Position numbers and translations under genes: made by a program. From assembly GCA_004764695.1 (NCBI GenBank), contig SMSO01000035.1:186001-250000 (forward strand): a stretch of DNA of 64,000 nucleotides, in the 5' to 3' direction. The DNA comes from Schizochytrium sp. TIO01. Taxonomy: Eukaryota; Protista; Bigyra: Labyrinthulomycetes. The notes beneath the pieces were generated by a model. It was not told the origin of the DNA. It worked only from the letters and a program-made list of their open reading frames with translations, and did no database searches. Positions 57,097-64,000 of the stretch are shown in pieces; position 1 is the first letter of the stretch, and every line of letters begins with the position of its first letter.

Positions 57097-58185
57097 CATG
57101 TTTAATCAACAATCAATCAATCAATAGCAACGATGCGAACAACTTCGTGTTAGAGTCCGCAATCTGCTAATAAGAGAACGAAGGAGTACACACACAATCC
57201 AATTAGCTATGCAGTAGTGGTTCAAGACACATGAAACCAGGCCAAGCTTTCGAGATTGTCTCTGCTCTACATCGCGTCTTACGCAGATCTTATTCCGAGT
57301 CTCTTTGGCAGTCAGTTTTCAGCCTTCTTGGTCGGTTCGCGCCTTTCGTCGTGAATCGATTAGCGGAGTGCGTATCCTGCCAGCTTGCGGCCCAAAGAGT
57401 CGCGGTGCTGGATGGCGCCGTGCTGCATTTCAAGCTAGCTAGCTCAAGGCGATAGGATAGATATTCCAAGCTCCGCATTCACGATATTTCACGATATTTC
57501 TTCGAGCGGGAAAGTGAGTTAATGAGTAGTAACAGTAGCAGTCAGTGCCTAAGTCGCACCACATTTCTTTTTCCACCCCGTAATATGATACGATACGCTT
57601 ATTAGGTACCTACGATGTTTCACGTTCAAGTCTCAAGTCATTCTTTTCCTTTTCGTGCGTAGTACTCACTCAATCACTCAATCACTCTTCTTCTTCGCCG
57701 AAAACACATTCTTTCTTCGTGTTGTTCTCGATCGCTGCAGTCCTAGCTGTGACTTATGCTCTGCTAGGCGGAGCTTTTTCTTTCTTTTGTTGACTATTTA
57801 TTTATTCACTTCAATCAATGAATCTGCTCATTTTATTTTAGTATGTTTCTTTTGTTTTTCCGCTAGTTCGAGTTTCGGCCTTATGAACAGAAAAAGTCCG
57901 GGCCTTTTTGTGAAAACGATGCGAACTGTGACACTCAGGTCCTAAACCCGCCTCTCTCTCTCAGGTCGTCCCGCGAGTGCTTGCTTTCTTCTCTCGGACA
58001 GCCCGATTGCGGAGAATTTCGCCACGCGTGAGTGAAAGATCCCTTCGTCTGAAAAACTCTAGATACTGCGCTGCGTCGCTGATGGGTCGCCACGCATCCT
58101 TTGTAGTATTGAGGCGGCTGGAAAAGAGAATACCTACCTACGTACAACTGCTCATCTTATAATAAATTTCTAATTTTAAAAATAG

Positions 58186-58209
58186 AAAAAAAAAAAAAAA
58201 AAAAAAAAA
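58186..58209. repeat. A24 homopolymer
   Basis: Read directly from the sequence. Confidence 0.9.
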
Positions 58210-61200
58210 GAGGGAAGAAGTACCCAGTGCCTAATCGGGCAGTAGTTACTGCTAGCTAGTTACAACAGATGGAGACGTTTAGCCTGTTCTATCTTTCTTT
58301 CTGTTAAAAACAAATTAGGAAAACAAAAAACTTATAAGTAATAACATGAGAGTGGAGCAGAAAGAGTTTCTTTTGTAGATATAAGGTTTGAATTGAACTA
58401 TATCTGTAATCTCTCGGCTAGCGCAAAAGAAGCCGCCTATGGAAGTTGGAAATATGCATTTTTCTATTCATTCCTTGAAAGAGCAATAGCGCCTCTAATT
58501 TGATTGTTATAAAAAAGCAAGAATAGAAATCGTAACGAGCCGGGAGTAGACATCCTTTTGTAACTTGGATGTCAGCCGACCAATGTGCTGTAGAGAGCTT
58601 TCACAGTTCGCTTCTTCGCTAAAAATCTGTGCTTTTCGTAAGACTTTGCGGGCTGGTCTTCTTCTTCGATCTTGATATTTACACGCATCCGTTCTGCTCA
58701 TAGAATGGTGCTGCCGAAGGCACGAGTTTGGAAGCCACAATAATAAGTTGAACGCAGATGACGCATTTATTCGTTCATTCACGTAATCATCTGCTGTTTC
58801 GAATAGTTAAACAACTTTGGTTTTTGTCTGTGATAAGCAGTAACAAGAGATTCTGCTTTCGTTAGCAAATCACTCCATGCAAATGATTGACGATGCCTAA
58901 GAAGTATGTAGCCAAAGCTAGGCAGAACTTCCTCAATAACTAAAAAATGCAGTGCTGGATAATCAGCTATCATCGCACAATGTTGATATCGTGATCGAAC
59001 GAGAATGTGACTCAAAGAGCTTACGACGACACATTATTTCCACTTTGATTTCGCCAGGTTTCTAGATTGTCAAACACCCCAAAGCAAAACAACAGCATGG
59101 AGAAGATACCCCCAAAGGATCGGTGGATCGCTTCTGCTCCAATCGTAAGCAGCACCTTTATCTAAACATTATACTATCCTGATTCGTACTGCGCTTTGAA
59201 CTTGAAATCCTCCTCAAACCTAACAGATTCTTTATTTTCAGTTTTTACTATTTGTAAATAATTTTTAGAAATCAGAGTATATCATTTCAGCGTTTTGCAA
59301 ACTAACTCAAAAGCATTTTTCTTTATCTACTCTGTTTTTGTTTTTGTTTTTTGTTTTTTCAATTCTAGGAACCTCTCCCAAACAAACTAAGTGTGATTCC
59401 GTCACGCGCTATTTGGTCTTTTCAATTTGCTTCCACCTCACATTCCCTCTGTCGTTCCCTCTCTCTAACGCGGTCCCCAGTGGAGCTCCTCTCTCTCACT
59501 CCCCAGTGCAGATGAGAGGAGAAACTGTTTCTTCCAATTACTCCTCCACCGAACCATTCCGGGTTGCGCGCACTTTCCCTCACATCAGTTTCCAGACAGC
59601 TGGACTGCACGCGCCCCGTGTGTTCCCTCAGAGCCGTCCAAACCCTCTCTCTAAAGTGTGAGTAGATCCCCAGAACCGTCTCTATCTTTTCTTATCTTTC
59701 GTCCACGCGTTAATACAAGACTCCATATTATCCATGTGTTGCAATCTGGCTGATCCGTGGGGTCGCGTAATTCGAGGTCTGCCAGCTACGAAAAAAAGAC
59801 GTTTCCAGGAGAGCCGTCGCAAGCTGGTGCAGCGATCGCATGGTCTCTTAGCGAAAAGTATAGAACGAGCTTAAGAACGGGAGAGCACGGAGAGTACTGC
59901 TAGTAGCCTCCCAGCTACCTGGAAAGCTAGGATCCGGCACCCGCTGGTTTCCCCTCGAGGCAGGCCTCTCTCTCTCCTCTATAACCCATGCCGCGAGAGG
60001 AGGGACCAGAACCGCGTTGTTCTTGCGAACTTACCAGCGAAGCCAGATCGAGCTCGATCTCAAATCGGGCCCGTTCTCGAAGCGTTTCGCTTCGCCAGCG
60101 CAGCGCCCAAGCCACAGAAAGACACACCCTGCAGCGCGATCAACAGCTGTTTCTGTGCCTTTGACTGACTCACTGACAGACCATATACGCCTCCTACTAC
60201 GTAGATAGGTAGGCAGGCTCTTAGGTCGCCTAAGGTACTGCTACTGCGTACAGACAGAGCAGAGAGCGAGGCGCAGCGCTCGGTGCGCCGCTAGGGTGCT
60301 GATTAGCGGTAACAGTAGCCGGGCCGGGATCAGCGGGAGCTGTACTTGTTCTAAGTAAGTGCTTACTTGAAGAAGAACGGTGTTGTAACTAAGTCGGTAA
60401 GAAACATAGGTAGGGAATATACTAAGGGTTTGATTAGGATCAATAATGACTGAGTGATTGATTGATGTATTGATTGATGTACTGTTGTTGAGAGATCGTT
60501 CGCTGCTTGGGAGGGAGGCGGGCTCAGAAGAGACTTGGGAGGGAGGCCTGCCTACGTATCGTTCGAGGAGGGGGAGGAGGTGGTTTTGGATTGGATTCCC
60601 GTGTGGCTTTATAGAGCTCGAAGAAGCGGAGGCCTTTCCTGCCGCTGTTCCCGTCTTTAGCTATTGTGCCTCGCAAAAGGACCGTAATACCGCTTTCGTT
60701 AGAAAGAAGGCCCTCTCGTGTTCTGTAAGCCGCGGTTTTTGTAAGAAGCGGTTGGAAGATTGGGGTTTTGTACCTTTTCCACCTTTTCGTTACCTTCCCA
60801 TTATGACTATTTTTAATTTTATTTTAATGCTAAGTAAAAGAAATACAATTAAAAGAGAGTACGACTAAATAATTATTATCGCCTTCACTTTCGCTTTCAT
60901 TTTCGTTTGCTTCGGTAGGGCGCTGGTAGCTGGTGCTAAGGAGAGACAGGAGTAAGAAGCTTTTCAAAGATTACCTTTGGGCCGAAAAGGAGACAGAGAA
61001 GCAGGGAGCCTCTAAGGGCAACTTAGACAGACGCTAAGAGTAAGCCACTCATCGCTCCTGCTCCTGAGGAGAGGCGGAAACAGGAACACTGAGGAATTGG
61101 TTGTTCTTTTGTTGATCTCCTTTGAAAGAAGGAAACTTGAAGAAAGCAAGAAAGAAAGAAGAAAGAAGAAAGAAATTATTAAGAAAGAAAGAAAAATAAA

Positions 61201-63105
61201 AGAATGGAAGAAAGAGGGAGGTGGCAAAAGAGTAGAGAAGAGTGTGATGGATTGGGAGAGAGAGTGTGAGGCCTGAAATCCTCGCGACGGCTCTCCCGCT
61301 TCGCCTCCTTATTTTATTCATTATTGATAACACAGGCCATCGCCATTTCTCTTTAATCATTTGTAAAGTATTGTTCTTCATCTACTTATGAGTAGAAGGA
61401 GCAATAAACATAGTTCTAAAAGATAATGAAAGAAGAAGGAGTTTAGTCTCTCCTCATTTCACTCGAGGTGCGTTGGAGTGAAGAGAGCAGAGGATGGATC
61501 GCAGTAAGAGTGGGTACGCTGCAGCTAGCGCTCGCGGCGCCGTGGAGTTTGAGAGAGAACCTCGTCATTGATGATATAATAATGTGACATGATGTGGTTT
61601 GATATGAGAGTATCTCAGAGATCAGAGGCGCTCGATCTGAGGCGATTGCTGCATCGTGCGATTAGCTCAAGAAGGGCCAACGAGAGGGCGTATCTTGAGC
61701 CAAATTCGAGGGCTTTGGGCATATTGAGTGATACTTATCAAGCTCATGCCTCGCTCGGAAAGGGCATCTCCTTTAGTTTACTTTATCTTTTATTTTGTCT
61801 TTTATTTTAAAATCAAATTTATTTTTAAGTTTGTTAGTCTGTTATTTTAAAGTTTAAGTTTGCTAATTTGTTAATTTGCAATTTCTGCTTCAGGCTTTCA
61901 TTCTGTATATATAAGAAACGCTTAGAGAGAGTTATTATGTTAGCTCCAGACAACAAACAAGAGACATGACTCCTGTCTCTTGCTTTGTGCTCATTCGTTT
62001 ATGATCGCTATCATCATTGGCTTTTATCGATGATTGTTCATTACCTTAAAAAAGAAACTCGAGGAAAGATGAATGATTTAAAACAACAGTAAGAACAGTG
62101 TGATTTATTCATGAGTCAGAGTAAGAAAGTAAATGGCTCGGGGAAGTGAGCTCGTGAAAGGAAGGCGCGAAAAAGAGAAATTGGGAATTTGGAACCAGAC
62201 TCCTAGGCAAATGGTTAGTGCCACGGCTACTGGGAGAAGAGTGATTCATTCATTTCTTCTTTCGCCAAGAAGTAATGAATGTTAGTTAGTTAGTTGATCT
62301 GTTGTTTTTATCTTGGAAATGGAGACTTTTGATCGATTGAAACTAAAACTACTGAGCGCCGCCCGTGGAAGACTTCCATCTCGCGCAACTTCCTGCAAGC
62401 GAGACAGCGTTCTGTATCGACGTTCTTCTTTGAGGCAATCAATCGACCTAACAAATAAAAATAAACAAATAAATTAACAAGGATAAGGACTTAAGAAAGA
62501 AAGAAAGAAAAAGAGAAAGAAAGAGAAAGAGAAAGAAAGAAACAAACACATAATTGATTGACGAAGCGATCGATAAATTCATCGATCAACAGCATCTGAC
62601 GAGAAATAGTCGCTTGACAGCAAACAGCAAACCCGCAACGCAGGACCCGACCTGAACTCAAGTCAAACCTCAAAGCCCAAGCCTTCTGCATTTAGTTGCA
62701 TTCGCTCACGCAATAACATAGCACACACGTGTACTCAATCACTCACTCACTCAGCGAGAGCAGCAGACGTAGTAGAAGCAGAAGGAGACTTTACTTCTAG
62801 CGTTTATTCACGCACTATTAGGCATTGACGCCAAGACGAGCCCAGAAATCCTTGACCTTTGTTGAGCCAAAGCATCATTGAATTGAAGCAAATTCAATCC
62901 TGCATTACCACTAGACGAGCTCGACGCTTTGGTCTCATTCAGGAAACCACCACCACCACCACAACAACAACAACAACGGAAGGTATCGACAGCAGGCATA
63001 CCAACCTCAACAACCATTGCGTACAAATTTCTCAAGCTCAAGCATAAGCATAAGCACAAGTACAAGCCCGACTTCGAACAAGCACCTCTGGTCAAATAAA
63101 CAATC

Positions 63106-64000
63106 ATGGCAACGCCTGCGGCAACGATGCCGCACGCTCGGCGAGTAAAGCCCACGACCCCGCGGACAAGCAGCAGCGGCAGCGCCGTCTCCACCTCGGA
63201 GAGGTTAAAAACCCTTCTTACGGGAGAGCATGATGATGTCAACCATGTCATCATTGTTCACGTTCAGCACAAGCTAGATGATGGTTCGCTCGTGGATGAA
63301 ATCGTTCTTGGTGGCGGGTCTCCTGCCGCCAACAATGGTGGCGGCAGCACACAAACTCGCTCGGGCCCTGTGCGCCGTTTGAGCAGCCCTTACCGTGGTG
63401 TTTCGTTCCATTCCTGCACTCAACGCTGGCGTGGACGCATCAAGCACGGCACCAAAAGTGAGCATCTCGGATACTTCACATCTGACCTCGAGGCAGCAGC
63501 AGCGTACAACGTGGCTGCCCGTAAAATCCACGGTCAAGACGCCCAGGTCAACCGAAATGTTGAAGAGATCATGGCCCAGACTTTGGCATGCTCCAGCCGC
63601 GTCATTGAACGCAATGCAGTACCTTATGCCAACCGGGTGGCTTCAGGAGCCGCGCCTCAACCGCCTGCTCACAAGGCTGTTGTTCAACCAGCGCAGCCTC
63701 AACAACGCGAAACTGCACCAAGCTATGTAAAAATAGAACCTCACACTTCTCACGCTCCAATGGCGCCTCCACCTGTATATCCAATGAGCTCCATTAGTAG
63801 TGAGTCCCGTGAGTCCATGTATTCATACGAGGATTACAGCGACTGCTATCCCAGCCCGCACAGCGCTCAGCCGCAGCACGAGCAGGGCGAGTACTCCAGT
63901 AATTCTTCACATCACATCAACTCCTCCTTTCATGTGTCACCTAGCGTAGAAAAGGTCCACGAGAACAGCAGTGTCATGATCACCAATAACGATGACTTGC
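63106..64000 (+). CDS. AP2-domain transcription factor, 3' end outside the window (absent from the ORF track)
   Basis: ATCATGG start at 63106, frame open to the window end. AP2 domain at ~63385-63552: SPYRGVSFHSCTQRWRGRIKHGTKSEHLGYFTSDLEAAAAYNVAARKIHGQDAQVN, followed by a P/Q/S-rich region. Confidence 0.93.
   Translation, partial: MATPAATMPHARRVKPTTPRTSSSGSAVSTSERLKTLLTGEHDDVNHVIIVHVQHKLDDGSLVDEIVLGGGSPAANNGGGSTQTRSGPVRRLSSPYRGVSFHSCTQRWRGRIKHGTKSEHLGYFTSDLEAAAAYNVAARKIHGQDAQVNRNVEEIMAQTLACSSRVIERNAVPYANRVASGAAPQPPAHKAVVQPAQPQQRETAPSYVKIEPHTSHAPMAPPPVYPMSSISSESRESMYSYEDYSDCYPSPHSAQPQHEQGEYSSNSSHHINSSFHVSPSVEKVHENSSVMITNNDDL

Noticed and set aside
58431-58437. AGCCGCC GCC-box (also GCCGCC near 62357) as AP2 autoregulatory sites
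   Set aside because: Short motifs expected by chance in 20 kb, and plant ERF specificity need not apply.

Overview
Eukaryotic nuclear DNA, intron-poor. It is most consistent with a thraustochytrid (Aurantiochytrium/Schizochytrium-like stramenopile); this is an inference from gene content, GT-AG introns, microsatellites and TTAGG repeats. The left two-thirds (1-42.4 kb) is gene-dense: a GT4 glycosyltransferase (5' truncated), a class C GPCR with three copies of an unnamed Cys-containing ectodomain module, a small GLG1-type Cys-rich membrane protein, a 3-exon Tctex-1 dynein light chain missed by the ORF track, an LRR + CCHCR1-like coiled-coil protein (first exon missed by the track), a DENN protein, mevalonate-diphosphate decarboxylase, a TM + CS-domain protein, a NOL11/Utp8-like protein, a tandem-PH protein, and a ~2860-aa single-chain four-repeat CNBD-type K+ channel with a C-terminal RGS domain. 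The right third (42.4-63.1 kb) is a 20.7-kb microsatellite-rich region without long ORFs. It carries AT tracts, GTAG/CTAC motif clusters, an interstitial (TTAGG)9, candidate micro-ORFs and a hairpin cluster, and ends at an AP2-domain transcription factor that runs off the window. The best candidate for an undescribed system is the pseudotetrameric K+ channel whose cyclic-nucleotide sites look degenerate and which carries an RGS domain, suggesting direct G-alpha coupling.
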